Shown here one piece after another: positions 20,479 to 30,291 of a stretch of 64,000 nucleotides of DNA. The position numbers and the translations under genes are program-made. Source of the stretch: an uncultured Acidobacteriota bacterium. GTDB taxonomy: Bacteria > Acidobacteriota > Vicinamibacteria > Vicinamibacterales > UBA8438. The stretch covers positions 1 through 64,000 of the forward strand of contig CAJWLU010000018.1 in NCBI GenBank assembly GCA_913043225.1, written 5' to 3'. Numbering within the stretch: position 1 is the stretch's first letter; the number at the start of each line of letters is the position of its first letter. The notes below the pieces were generated by a model that saw only the letters and a list, made by a program, of their open reading frames with translations, was not told the origin of the DNA and ran no database searches.

Positions 20479-21281
20479 CAGATGTCCTCCCGCTTGAGCG
20501 AGAAGAGGTAGGCGATCAGATCGTCTAGCTCTTCGACCGTCAGGGTGTCGCTTGCGTCCGGCATGATCGAGGTTTTGACCCGTTCGTGCGATTGCACGCT
20601 GCCCTTGAGGAACGACCAGAGGTCCTCGTTCTCGTCCATGATGCGGAGCGAGAACGTGTCTTCGTTCATCCGGAGTCCCTCCACTACTGACCCGTCTTCA
20701 CGGGTGACCCGTACCGTCCACCACCGTGGGGGCACGTCGTCATTCGGGTCGGTCAGCGACGCCCGGAGCTCCTCGGGGTCGCGGCGGCTGCCGATCGCGG
20801 TCAGCTCCGGACCACGCCGTCCTCCGGTCCCGTTCAACATGTGGCAGCTGGAGCAGTTGCCCTTCCCGGCGAAGAGCTGCTGGCCGTTGCTCGCGTTCCC
20901 CGGGAGGTCGACATCGGCCGTGTTGTTCAGCGAGTTCAGGAAGCTGACCACCATCCAGGCCGACTGGTCGGTGGCGTTCCGGCTGATGCCGATCATCTGC
21001 GTGTTCGGTATGCCCTCGCGCACGATCCGGAACAGTCCGGCATCGGTGCTGGCGTTCCGGAATCCTTCATCGAGGGCCGGTCCCAGTTCACCCCCCCCGC
21101 CGTCTTGGCCGTGGCAGCGGCCGCACTGCTGCTGATAGAGACGCTGGCCCATCCGGACATCGAGCCGGGTGGTGTACGGGTTCTCGCTTTCCTGTGCGCG
21201 GGTGGCTACCGGGGCCATCAGCAGGAACGACGTGATCAGGATAGCCGGCGCCGCGAGCGCACACAGACTTCGCATCCGCAT
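20478..21281 (-). CDS. Diheme c-type cytochrome with putative heme-binding C-terminal domain
   Basis: Signal peptide; CGRCH and CSSCH; GPELT.IG, SIMP, ELDDLIAYL; 1-nt overlap with PQQ gene. Confidence 0.88.
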   Translation of the reverse strand: MRMRSLCALAAPAILITSFLLMAPVATRAQESENPYTTRLDVRMGQRLYQQQCGRCHGQDGGGGELGPALDEGFRNASTDAGLFRIVREGIPNTQMIGISRNATDQSAWMVVSFLNSLNNTADVDLPGNASNGQQLFAGKGNCSSCHMLNGTGGRRGPELTAIGSRRDPEELRASLTDPNDDVPPRWWTVRVTREDGSVVEGLRMNEDTFSLRIMDENEDLWSFLKGSVQSHERVKTSIMPDASDTLTVEELDDLIAYLFSLKREDI

Positions 21282-21346
21282 GTTGCCCTCCAGGAACTGG
21301 GTGGGTGGACCTGGTCCATCGTTTGGGGTCGATACGTCGACCGACC

Positions 21347-23047
21347 TTACTGTCCTCGACCGATCCGCGCGACGATATCACGCGCCCGGTGCACGATACC
21401 ACGCTCGAAACGGCCGATGGAGCGATACCGCTCCGCTCGCCGCTGGAGGAGCTTCCGCGGCTTGATTGCCGAGAGCGCCGCCAGATGATGGACGACGCGT
21501 TCCATGACCTGCCGCGCTGCAGCGTCCGGGTCCCGGTGGGCGCCGCCAGGCGGCTCTGGGACGATGTCGTCGATGACGCCCAGCTCCAGTAGGTCGTGGG
21601 CGCGCAGCTTCAGGGCGGGCAGAATCTCCTCGCTCCGGGTAGCATCGTGCAGCAGGATCGCGGCGGCGCCTTCGGGCGCGATCACCGAGTAGATGGCGTT
21701 CTCCTGCATCAAGATCACATCGGCTAGACCCAGCGCCAGTGCCCCGCCGGATCCACCTTCACCGATCACGACGTTCACGACCGGCACCGGTAGCTGCGCC
21801 AGCTGGCCTAGGCATTCGCCGATCGTCAACGCGATGCCCCGCTGCTCGGCCTCCAGGCCAGGGAACGCGCCGCGCGTATCGACGAGCGTGACCACTGGCA
21901 GCCCGAATTTCTTGGCCAGTCGCATCAGGCGTTTCGCCTTCCGATAGCCCTCCGGCATCGGCATCATCTGTCCCCACTGGGCGATGAGCACCACCGGATG
22001 TCCCTGGAGGCTGGCGATACCTCCAAGGATGGCCGGGTCGTCGCCATAGCAACGATCTCCGTGCAGCTGACTAAAGGCCTGAAAGACCCGGTCGATGTAG
22101 GCGTCGGCCCGCGGTCGCGTCGGGGTCCTGGCTAGTTCGATGACCTCGGCCGGAGTGCGCGTCGATTTGGGGGTCGGCGATAGCTGCACCTGTGGCCAGG
22201 CCGCGCTCGCGTCCGCGGTCATCTGCGAGACGAGCACCGCCAGCCGGTTTCGCAGTAGCGACCGCTCGATGATCATATCGATCATGCCGCGCTCGAGCAC
22301 TACTTCAGCCCGGCGCTGCGCTTTCGGCATCTTTTCGGCGATGGTGCCCTCGATGACGCGCGCGCCGACAAAGCCGATCTGGGCGCCGGGCTCGCCGATC
22401 AAAATGTCGCCGAGGGAACCGAAGCTGGCGAAGGTGCCTCCGAAGCTCGGGTTGGTCAGCACCGAGATGTACGGCAGTCCAGTTTCCTGATGCTCGGCGA
22501 CGGCAGTGGCCGTCTTGGCCATCTGCATCAAGGCCAGCATGCCCTCCTGGATCCGGGCGCCTCCGCTGGCGATGACCGACACCACCGGCAAGCGCCGTCG
22601 CGTGGCGACCTCGAACGCACGCGCCACCTTTTCTCCGACGACTGACCCCATCGTGCCCCCGAGGAAATCGAACTCTAGGGAGACGAGCACGATCGGGCGG
22701 CCGTCGAGACGTGCCTCGCCGGCGAGGGCCGCCTCCGCCATCCCCGTACGGCGCTCCGCCTCTCGGAGCCGCTCGCGATAGGGGCCGCTCACGCTGAAGT
22801 CCAGCGGATCGGTAGAGAACAGCCGCTTGCCTACCTCACGGAACGTATCGGGGTCGGCCAGATGGTCAATCCATTCCTGGGCCGTCAGCGGGCTGTGATG
22901 CCCGCAGCTGTCGCAGACTCTGAGCTCGCTGGCGAACAACGCCTCTTCAACCTCGTGGTTGCATTTTCGGCAGGTGTGTAGAGTTGGAACTGGTGGGTCT
23001 TCGACTACGTTGACAGTAGTTTCTTCAATCACGGCAGAACCTTCCAT
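21347..23047 (-). CDS. accDA: Fused acyl-CoA carboxylase carboxyltransferase beta/alpha (AccD-AccA)
   Basis: Zn finger CRKC...CDSCGHH, FLGGTMGSVVGEK, SGGARIQEG..ALMQM; then LHGDR.YGDD.AI.GG, PEGYRKA.RLM, IGEGGSGGALA, YSVIAPEG. Confidence 0.92.
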   Translation of the reverse strand: MEGSAVIEETTVNVVEDPPVPTLHTCRKCNHEVEEALFASELRVCDSCGHHSPLTAQEWIDHLADPDTFREVGKRLFSTDPLDFSVSGPYRERLREAERRTGMAEAALAGEARLDGRPIVLVSLEFDFLGGTMGSVVGEKVARAFEVATRRRLPVVSVIASGGARIQEGMLALMQMAKTATAVAEHQETGLPYISVLTNPSFGGTFASFGSLGDILIGEPGAQIGFVGARVIEGTIAEKMPKAQRRAEVVLERGMIDMIIERSLLRNRLAVLVSQMTADASAAWPQVQLSPTPKSTRTPAEVIELARTPTRPRADAYIDRVFQAFSQLHGDRCYGDDPAILGGIASLQGHPVVLIAQWGQMMPMPEGYRKAKRLMRLAKKFGLPVVTLVDTRGAFPGLEAEQRGIALTIGECLGQLAQLPVPVVNVVIGEGGSGGALALGLADVILMQENAIYSVIAPEGAAAILLHDATRSEEILPALKLRAHDLLELGVIDDIVPEPPGGAHRDPDAAARQVMERVVHHLAALSAIKPRKLLQRRAERYRSIGRFERGIVHRARDIVARIGRGQ

Positions 23048-23150
23048 TAACCAGAGGTATTTCCGACGGCTCGGGAAGAGGGTGGCAGGAGCCTACGCTC
23101 AATTATCTCCCAAGGTGGGGCAGGAACGCATGTGGCGGCGTAATTGGGGC

Positions 23151-23384
23151 CTAGAACCGGAAGAGGCCGCGAAGCAGCTGTAGTCCCACTAGCAGCACCA
23201 TCGGCGAGAAGTCGATCCCACCCATGTCAGGCATGACCCGCCGGATCGGTTCGAGGGCCGGTTCGGTCATAGTTCGGACGAACGTGACGACCGGATTTCC
23301 TGGCGGAAGCTGAATCCACGAGACCACGACCGCCACGAAGACGATCAGCGAATACAGGTCAATCAGTTCGAGGATCAGGCGCAT
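23151..23384 (-). CDS. YggT-family membrane protein
   Basis: VVSW, TEP.L.PIRRVMP.MGGIDFSP. Confidence 0.9.
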   Translation of the reverse strand: MRLILELIDLYSLIVFVAVVVSWIQLPPGNPVVTFVRTMTEPALEPIRRVMPDMGGIDFSPMVLLVGLQLLRGLFRF

Positions 23385-23527
23385 GAGATAGATCGTCCGG
23401 CATTGTCAGCCAGGGAGCAACCGAACTCAAGTGTGGGCAAGTTGCTCAACTCTAGCAGGTGCTCAGCAGCGCCGTGGCCTCATATCGTCTGACGTCGCTG
23501 TAGCGTGCGCGTTTCTGTGAGGGCACT

Positions 23528-24478
23528 CTATTCGACTGCCATCGCGGCTGTGTCCGATTCGCCAGGGGCGGAGACCAACCGCACCCACAACGCCACTAGC
23601 CCGATCCAGACCGCGTGCGCCAGGAGCAGGTGCAGGAGCTGGATGGCGATCGGGGCCAGTAGAAACGCGTCCAGGACACCTACGACGAGGTCGAGTGCGT
23701 AGAGTCCCGAGACGATGTAGAACTCGCTCGGAGGCCCTCCGTCGTGAAGGGTCGACAGCCGGCGACCCAGCCAGAGCAGGTACCCACCAAACCCGAGTGC
23801 CAGCACAGGGTGCCAGATACGGAGGCGGACCAGGTAGTGGGCGTCGCGCGTGAAGTCGGCTCGTACCCCTTCTACGAATGACTCTGACGGGAATACCGTC
23901 GAAGCAAGCGACGCCGTCGTGCCGAGTGCGCTCAGCAGAACGATGAAGATCAAGGCTCCGACGACCAGACGCGCTGCCGCGGGCTCACCGCCGGCGGTTC
24001 GCCGGCGGCGAGGTCCGGCCCACCAGGCCGCCAATCCCAGCGCTCCCATGAGCAGATAGGTGTTGGTCAGATGCACTGGCTGTATAAGCGCTCTGGCGAG
24101 CGAGACGTTCATGTCGACGAGCCCGAAGACTACGAGGGCGGCACCGATCAGTGACTCGATCACCATGAACGCTAGGCTAGCGCTCGCCCAGAACCGGGCC
24201 CGATGACTGTCCGGGTAGATGCGACGCGCCCAGACCACCATTGCCACTACCGCCAGCAACGCCAGCCCGCTTGTGAGCCGGTGAGTCAGCTCGATCAGCG
24301 TGTCGAGGCTCGACACAGTGCCCGATTTGGCGAGCAGCTCAACGCAGTGCGGCCAGCTGTCGCCACAGCCGTCGCCGGCCCCGGTCGCACTGACGAGTCC
24401 GCCCCAGATCACGACGAAAAGGGTGAACCACAGGGTTCCCCAGGCGAATCGAACGTAGCGGGTACGGCCGCCGGACAT
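23528..24478 (-). CDS. COX15/CtaA-family heme A synthase
   Basis: GAGDGCGDSWPHC, IELTHR, His residues in TM helices (HLTN, WHP, HLLLAH); about 8 TM. Confidence 0.8.
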   Translation of the reverse strand: MSGGRTRYVRFAWGTLWFTLFVVIWGGLVSATGAGDGCGDSWPHCVELLAKSGTVSSLDTLIELTHRLTSGLALLAVVAMVVWARRIYPDSHRARFWASASLAFMVIESLIGAALVVFGLVDMNVSLARALIQPVHLTNTYLLMGALGLAAWWAGPRRRRTAGGEPAAARLVVGALIFIVLLSALGTTASLASTVFPSESFVEGVRADFTRDAHYLVRLRIWHPVLALGFGGYLLWLGRRLSTLHDGGPPSEFYIVSGLYALDLVVGVLDAFLLAPIAIQLLHLLLAHAVWIGLVALWVRLVSAPGESDTAAMAVE

Positions 24479-24479
24479 G

Positions 24480-25742
24480 CTAGAGATCGAAGTCTTCGAG
24501 GCGCACCTGTTTCGCTGCGTGCAAGCCCCGGGCGGACACGCCAAGTACTCCTAGGAAGCCTTCGGCGTCGGTATGGTCGAAATCACCGACTCCTTCCATT
24601 GACGCATCGTCGGGCGAGTACAGAATCCGATCGAAGTCGGCCTTGGCGAAGTCGACGTGCCCTTTGTAGATATCGAGGGTCAGTTCGCCTTCGATGGCGT
24701 CGGAGAACGATCTGATCGCCCGGATGGCGGCTGCCGTGCTGGGGTGGAACCAGGCGGCTTCGTAGATCTGTCGCCCCACGATGTTCGAGAGCGACTTGTA
24801 GAGCTCGAGCGACCGCCGGTCTAAGGTGAGCTGGTAGATGTAGTCGTAGGCTGCCTGTAGGAGTTGCATCGCCGGCTGCTCGTACACCCCCCTCGACTTG
24901 ATTCCGACGTAGCGGTTCTCCACGGCGTGGATACCGATACCCACGCCATTGCTGCCAGCAAGCAGATTCAACCGATCGAACAGCGGAACCAGCCCGAGGC
25001 TCTCACCGTCGACCCGTACCGGTACGCCGCCGCTGAAGCCTAGCACCACACGGGTAGTCTCATCGGGTGCGTCTTGTGGATGGACTCCGAACTGCGGGGT
25101 GATGAACCGTGGTCCGACATCGAGCTGTTCGAGTTTGCCGGCTTCGTGGGTGAGTCCTAGTAGATTAGCGTCGGTACTGTAGGGCTTGTCGCGGGTTGCG
25201 CGCACTGAGACGCCCTGCGACTCGCAGTAGGCGATCATTTCCGACCGACCGGGGAACTCGGCTAGGAAGGCAGGGTCTCGCCATGGAGCGTACACCCGGA
25301 TTGTCGGGTCGAGCATGTTCGCGTAGAGCTGGAACCGGGTCTGGTCGTTACCCCGACCCGTCGCGCCGTGCGACAGCACGTCGACACCATGGTCCTGGAG
25401 CACTGGGAGCGCCTTGCGGGTGGTGACGGCCCGGGCGATGCCGGTCGTGTTGAGGTAGCCGCCTTCATAGCTGCCGCCGCAGATGACCAACAGCACGCCG
25501 GCTTCGGCAAGTGCTTTCCGGCCGTCGACCAGCGTGAACGTGGCTGCTCCCGCTTTGCGCATGCGGGCCTCGATGTCGTCGATGTTCTCTTCGTCGGGCT
25601 GCCCGAGGTCGGCCGTGCAGCAATGCACCTGCACGCCGTGGTCACTGGCCCATCGGGTGAACGTGACGCTGTCGAGACCACCCGACACGAGGGCCACGAC
25701 GCCCTGTTCCTTCAAGTCCTTGATTTCGATCCTGTCCGCCAT
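24480..25742 (-). CDS. argG: Argininosuccinate synthase
   Basis: SGGLDS, HGATGRGNDQ.RF, APWR, YSTDANL, VENR.VGIKSRGVYE. Confidence 0.96.
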   Translation of the reverse strand: MADRIEIKDLKEQGVVALVSGGLDSVTFTRWASDHGVQVHCCTADLGQPDEENIDDIEARMRKAGAATFTLVDGRKALAEAGVLLVICGGSYEGGYLNTTGIARAVTTRKALPVLQDHGVDVLSHGATGRGNDQTRFQLYANMLDPTIRVYAPWRDPAFLAEFPGRSEMIAYCESQGVSVRATRDKPYSTDANLLGLTHEAGKLEQLDVGPRFITPQFGVHPQDAPDETTRVVLGFSGGVPVRVDGESLGLVPLFDRLNLLAGSNGVGIGIHAVENRYVGIKSRGVYEQPAMQLLQAAYDYIYQLTLDRRSLELYKSLSNIVGRQIYEAAWFHPSTAAAIRAIRSFSDAIEGELTLDIYKGHVDFAKADFDRILYSPDDASMEGVGDFDHTDAEGFLGVLGVSARGLHAAKQVRLEDFDL

Positions 25743-25750
25743 GTCTGTTC

Positions 25751-27706
25751 CTACGGAAGTGCCAATGCTAGTAGCCGGGCCTCCGCGCCGGTGCCGCCGG
25801 CGATCACCAGATACTGCGTGCCCTCGTGTTCATAGGTCACCGGGTTGCCGGCCGGGACCAGTGTCAGGTCAACCGAGCCAAGGTGCTGACCGGTGGCCTT
25901 GTCGTAGGCGCTCACGGTGCGTGAGCTCTGGTTGACATTCTCGTAGTCCCGTCCGCCGTGGTTCATGATGAGCAGGTTCGGAGTGACCAGCGGGCCGGAG
26001 CTGATCCCTCCCCCACCACCCAGCGGACCCAGATTCAGGTGAGCCAGCGCCTCGTGGTTCCGTGGACCGTCCCCGTGCGGCGTTTGCCATGCGTGGTCGC
26101 CGGTGTTCAGATTGATCGCGGTCACGCGTTTGTAGGGCGGTTTGAAGAGCGGTAACCCCCGTGGACCCCTCAGACCCGTTCCCCAGGGATCGGTGAAGTA
26201 GCCGATCGTGGCCGGAGGGTCGTACTTGATCAGGTCCACCAAAATCAGGGTGCTGGAGGACGAAACGAACAGCTGGCCGGTCTCGAGGTCCACGGCCGAG
26301 CCCTGCCAGTTGGCGCCGCCGCCGGCGCCGGGTACCTGGATGAACGGCAGACCGGTCCCGCGGAGCACCGGCGGTGAGAAGATCGGGCCAAAACGGGCCC
26401 GACCCTCGATGATCTCCAGCGCCTCGGCTCGGATCTCTGGCGTGAAGTCGACCACGTCGTCGATACTCATGCCTTGCCGGTCGAACGGCGCCGGCTTGGT
26501 GGGGAATGGCTGAGTCGGCGAGTACCACTCCCCGGGCACGTTACCCTGCGGTACCGGACGTTCCTCGATGGGCCACACCGGCTCTCCCGTGACCCGGTCG
26601 AAGACGTAGGTGAACGCCTGCTTACTGACCTGGGCGATCGCCTTGATGTCGCGGCCGTCGACAGTGATGTCGAGGAGGTTGGGTCCGGTCGGGAAGTCCC
26701 AGTCCCACAGACCGTGATGAATCGCCTGGAAGTACCAGACTCGCTGACCCGTTTCGATGTCGACCGCAACGATGCTCTCGGCAAACAGGTTGTCGCCCGG
26801 TCGCATCCCACCATACCAGTCGTTCGATGGGGAGCCGGTCGGGAGATAGACGTAGCCGAGCTCCTCGTCAACAGCCATGTACGACCAAACGTTGCTGTGG
26901 CCGCTGTAGCGCCACGATTCGTCGCCCCAGCTGTCGACCCCGAAGTCATCCCCTTGCGGAATCGTTCGGAAGATCCACTTCATCGCCCCGGTATGCGCAT
27001 CGTAGGCTCGGACGTGTCCCGGCGGCGCTTCGCGGAGCCTGATGTTGGTGTCCTGCACGATGCTGCCGACGATGATGGTGTCGTCAGCCACCGCCACCGG
27101 TGAGGAGTACGTCATCCGGGTGGTGTCGACCTCTCGTTCGAATCCCTGCGTCAGGTCGACATAGCCGTTCTCGCCAAAGTCCGGATCAACTGCTCCGGTT
27201 CGCGCGTCTAGCGCCACCAGTTTGAGATCGTGGTTGGCGAAGAAGATGCGCATGTCGTCACTGTTGTCGTCGGCCCAGTAGGTCAGGCCTCTATGGCGCC
27301 ATCCCATGTTGGGAGGGCGCTCCAGGTACTCGTAGATGCGCGGGTCGTAAGACCAGACTAGTTCGCCGGTGCCGGCGTCGAGCGCGGCCGCCTGCCCGAT
27401 CGCCGTACTCACGTAGACCAGTCCGTTGGCCATCAGCGGCGACGACATCAGCGCTGAGGGCCGGATGTTCTCCCGCTCAGCCACGACGGCCTGCGACAGC
27501 GAGTCCCAGCTCCACGCGATCTCGAGGTCGGTGAAGTTCTCCTTGGTGATCTGATCCAGCGGCGAGTACTTCGAGTTTGCCGGGTCCCGTCCGAACGCGT
27601 GCCATTCGCCGTCTGGCACCTGGGCCTCGCTGGTGACGGGAACACCGAGGACCAGTGCCGCGGCGCCGAGCCAGACACGAAACCCGCGTAGTGATCCGTG
27701 ATGCAT
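25751..27706 (-). CDS. Soluble exported PQQ quinoprotein, glucose/quinate dehydrogenase-like
   Basis: Signal peptide; YSPLDQIT..N...L..AW, PPGHVRAYD, HHGLWDWDFP, PVWPIEERPVP, SPTQPFP, GGANWQG. Confidence 0.88.
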   Translation of the reverse strand: MHHGSLRGFRVWLGAAALVLGVPVTSEAQVPDGEWHAFGRDPANSKYSPLDQITKENFTDLEIAWSWDSLSQAVVAERENIRPSALMSSPLMANGLVYVSTAIGQAAALDAGTGELVWSYDPRIYEYLERPPNMGWRHRGLTYWADDNSDDMRIFFANHDLKLVALDARTGAVDPDFGENGYVDLTQGFEREVDTTRMTYSSPVAVADDTIIVGSIVQDTNIRLREAPPGHVRAYDAHTGAMKWIFRTIPQGDDFGVDSWGDESWRYSGHSNVWSYMAVDEELGYVYLPTGSPSNDWYGGMRPGDNLFAESIVAVDIETGQRVWYFQAIHHGLWDWDFPTGPNLLDITVDGRDIKAIAQVSKQAFTYVFDRVTGEPVWPIEERPVPQGNVPGEWYSPTQPFPTKPAPFDRQGMSIDDVVDFTPEIRAEALEIIEGRARFGPIFSPPVLRGTGLPFIQVPGAGGGANWQGSAVDLETGQLFVSSSSTLILVDLIKYDPPATIGYFTDPWGTGLRGPRGLPLFKPPYKRVTAINLNTGDHAWQTPHGDGPRNHEALAHLNLGPLGGGGGISSGPLVTPNLLIMNHGGRDYENVNQSSRTVSAYDKATGQHLGSVDLTLVPAGNPVTYEHEGTQYLVIAGGTGAEARLLALALP

Positions 27707-27771
27707 GAGCCTCTCCTGGACCGAGGGCAGGAAGAGCGGTGATTATAGTCTGCAGGCGGTTTCCGCCTCTG

Positions 27772-27978
27772 ATGAAGAAGTTCCCGTTGGCCTTGGCTGT
27801 GTTGCTGCTTCTGGCCGCCGCGGCTCACTTCTTTGGACTACCTGCCCGGCTCGCTCGCTGGGTGCGCCTGTTCGATTCGATCTTGCAGCAAGGCGCGGAA
27901 TGGATTGGCACGGTGCTGTCGATCACGGCCTCGGGCACCCGGAGCAACCCGAGGTTAGGGTTCGAGGTGCCGAGCTGA
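27772..27978 (+). CDS. Small hypothetical membrane/secreted protein
   Basis: MKKFPLALAVLLLLAAAA signal-like N-terminus; fills gap. Confidence 0.45.
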   Translation: MKKFPLALAVLLLLAAAAHFFGLPARLARWVRLFDSILQQGAEWIGTVLSITASGTRSNPRLGFEVPS

Positions 27979-28061
27979 AGCAGGACTGGCTCCAGCTTCT
28001 CGAATAGTTCACGGGCCGCTAGCCAGGCTTTAGGAGCGCGACGGTATGCCCCGGCCGAGCT

Positions 28062-29513
28062 CTATTCGGCGGAGAGGCGCCACAGTGACGAGCGCGTCCG
28101 GACGATGAGGCTTCCGTCGACGATTGCCGGGCTCGACATCGCGACTTCCCCCAGCGAGTTAGTGGCCACTAAGTCGAAGTTGTTCTCGGGATCCAGTACG
28201 TAGGTGTCGCCGTCTTCGCTCAGCACGAAGATCTTGCCGTTGTAGGCCCACGGTGAGGCGGTGAAGCCCCCGGTGCCGCGCGCTACGCGGCGCCGTACTT
28301 CTTGGCTCAGCACCTGCTGCTCGGTGAAGTACATCTCCTCTCCGGTGTTGGCGTCATGCACGGTGAAGAAGCCCTGGTCGAGTAGCGTGAAGTAGTAGTC
28401 CCCGTAGACGAGGGGCGTCGGATGATAAGGGCCAGCCTGGTTCTGATACCAGACGATGTACTCGTTGCTTGTCTGGTCGTCCTCCAGAGTGATGTCGCCC
28501 GAGGCACCCGGCCGGATGGCGAAAACTGGCCGCACCTGGTCGCCGACGTAGCCGGAGGTGACATACAGCAGGTCGTTGGCGCTGAACGGTTGCGGAATCG
28601 CGATGCTGTTCAGACCGGTGAAGTGCCACAGTAGGTTGCCATCGAGATCGTAAGCACGAACCCGATCACTGCCCGCAGTGATGAGTTCGGTTCGCCCGTC
28701 ATGTTCCCAGATGAACGGTGTTGACCAGTTAGTGCCCTCGTCGCGATCGACGCGCCACCGCTCCTCGCCGGTGGCGGCATCGAGTGACATCACATACGAT
28801 TGGTCATCGTTGTCGTTGACGATGAACAGCTGGTCGCCGTGGAGCGCGGGTGAGGCGGCCGGTCCCCAGCCCAATCGCGTATCGGCTGCCTCGAAGCGGT
28901 GCTCCCACAGCACGCTGCCGTTCAAGCTGAGCGCGTACACCCCGACGTTCCCGAAGTACGCATACAACCGCTCACCATCGGTAACCGGAGTGGCCGATGC
29001 GTAGGTGTTCTTGAGATGGCGGTCGAAGTTAGGCGATCCGGCGTGGACCTCGGTGCTCCAGAGCTGTTGGCCAGTACTGAAGTCGAAGGCCTGAACCAGC
29101 CAGTGGTGCACGTCCTCTTCCCGCTCCATCAAGTCGCCTGGGCCAGGCGCTTCGAATCGTGGGTCGTTGTTCGTTTCCGGGGAGCCGAACGGGAAGTACA
29201 GGCCCATCCGCGGTTCCGCCAACTCTCCATCGTTGACGACCGTGGTCAGGAAGATCTGGTCGCCCCACACGACCGGTGACGACCAGCCCAATCCCTCCAC
29301 GGTGGCTTGCCAGGCGACGTTCTCGGTCTGGCTCCAGGTCAGCGGCAGACGGGCGTCGTCGCTGGCAACTGGTACGGCGTCGCCGCCGCGAAAGGCAGGC
29401 CAGTTCACGCCTGCCTGGGCGGCTAGGGTTGACGGGAGCACCAGCGCGAGAGCGCTCGCGATGACGAGTGGGGTCGAAAGACGAAGGAACAGTCGGCTCA
29501 TACCGCCCATCAT
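28062..29513 (-). CDS. PQQ-binding-like beta-propeller repeat protein (exported)
   Basis: NWPAFRG, W...ENVAW, SSPVVWGD, ASATPVTDG, WSTP, FTASP repeats. Confidence 0.88.
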   Translation of the reverse strand: MMGGMSRLFLRLSTPLVIASALALVLPSTLAAQAGVNWPAFRGGDAVPVASDDARLPLTWSQTENVAWQATVEGLGWSSPVVWGDQIFLTTVVNDGELAEPRMGLYFPFGSPETNNDPRFEAPGPGDLMEREEDVHHWLVQAFDFSTGQQLWSTEVHAGSPNFDRHLKNTYASATPVTDGERLYAYFGNVGVYALSLNGSVLWEHRFEAADTRLGWGPAASPALHGDQLFIVNDNDDQSYVMSLDAATGEERWRVDRDEGTNWSTPFIWEHDGRTELITAGSDRVRAYDLDGNLLWHFTGLNSIAIPQPFSANDLLYVTSGYVGDQVRPVFAIRPGASGDITLEDDQTSNEYIVWYQNQAGPYHPTPLVYGDYYFTLLDQGFFTVHDANTGEEMYFTEQQVLSQEVRRRVARGTGGFTASPWAYNGKIFVLSEDGDTYVLDPENNFDLVATNSLGEVAMSSPAIVDGSLIVRTRSSLWRLSAE

Positions 29514-29781
29514 GATACGAGAATTGCCGCTGGAGAGTGTAGCGACGCTACTGCCACTTCCCGCGATGCAAGCGATGCGTTCTGGTTGCGTACCTCCACG
29601 GCGCCCGCGGCCGAACGTTCGACGGTCGATCTTTCACCGGTGGTGGTCGAGTCGGCCGACCTCAGCGAAGGACTTAAGCGGCTCCAACTGGTTCTGGCCG
29701 CTCCTGCCAGTCTCCGCCCTGGGTCTTCGCTGTATTCAGGGGCCTCGCTTCTGCTTGCACCTCTGGGTACACTTGGCTGGA

Positions 29782-30273
29782 ATGTGCAGACGCGTGTCCG
29801 TTGGGGGCGCCGTTCTCTTGCTGCTAGTCCTTCTGTTTCCCGAGTTCCCGCTCGCAACGCAGTCGGGCGGCGGCGTAGCCACCTACGGTCCCGACGCTTA
29901 TCAGTGCATGGCGCAGGCCATGTACTTCGAAGCGGGCATCGAGCAACGTGAAGGCATGCTGGCCGTCGGCTGGGTTGTGCTCAATCGGATGGCTCATCCC
30001 GGCTTCCCGTCGGGGGTCTGTCAGGTGATTCGGCAGGGCGGCGAAGCGCGCGGATGCCAGTTCAGTTACTGGTGCGATGGCAAGTCCGACACGCCCTACA
30101 ACGGGCGTGTCTGGAGACAGGCCGGTCGTGCCGCACGCGACCTCCTGAGTGGTCTAACGGCCGATCCCACCGGGGGGGCACTGTTCTTCCACGCCGTTTC
30201 TCTTCGTCGGGTGCCGTGGCGGGTCGAGCGGGAGCAGATCACCCAGATCGGCCGCCACATTTACTACCGCTAG
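29782..30273 (+). CDS. SleB-like cell wall hydrolase (Hydrolase_2)
   Basis: CMAQAMYFEA, AVG.VVLNR, FP..VC.VI.Q, CQFSYWCDGKSD, DPTGGALFFH, QIGRHIYYR; start uncertain. Confidence 0.88.
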   Translation: MCRRVSVGGAVLLLLVLLFPEFPLATQSGGGVATYGPDAYQCMAQAMYFEAGIEQREGMLAVGWVVLNRMAHPGFPSGVCQVIRQGGEARGCQFSYWCDGKSDTPYNGRVWRQAGRAARDLLSGLTADPTGGALFFHAVSLRRVPWRVEREQITQIGRHIYYR

Positions 30274-30291
30274 AGCAGTGAGGAGCGACTC

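Noticed and set aside
25751..27706. Lanthanide dependence of the second PQQ protein (WDWD)
   Set aside because: Glucose-dehydrogenase-like enzymes commonly have DxD here, and this protein lacks the vicinal CC, so the motif is not diagnostic
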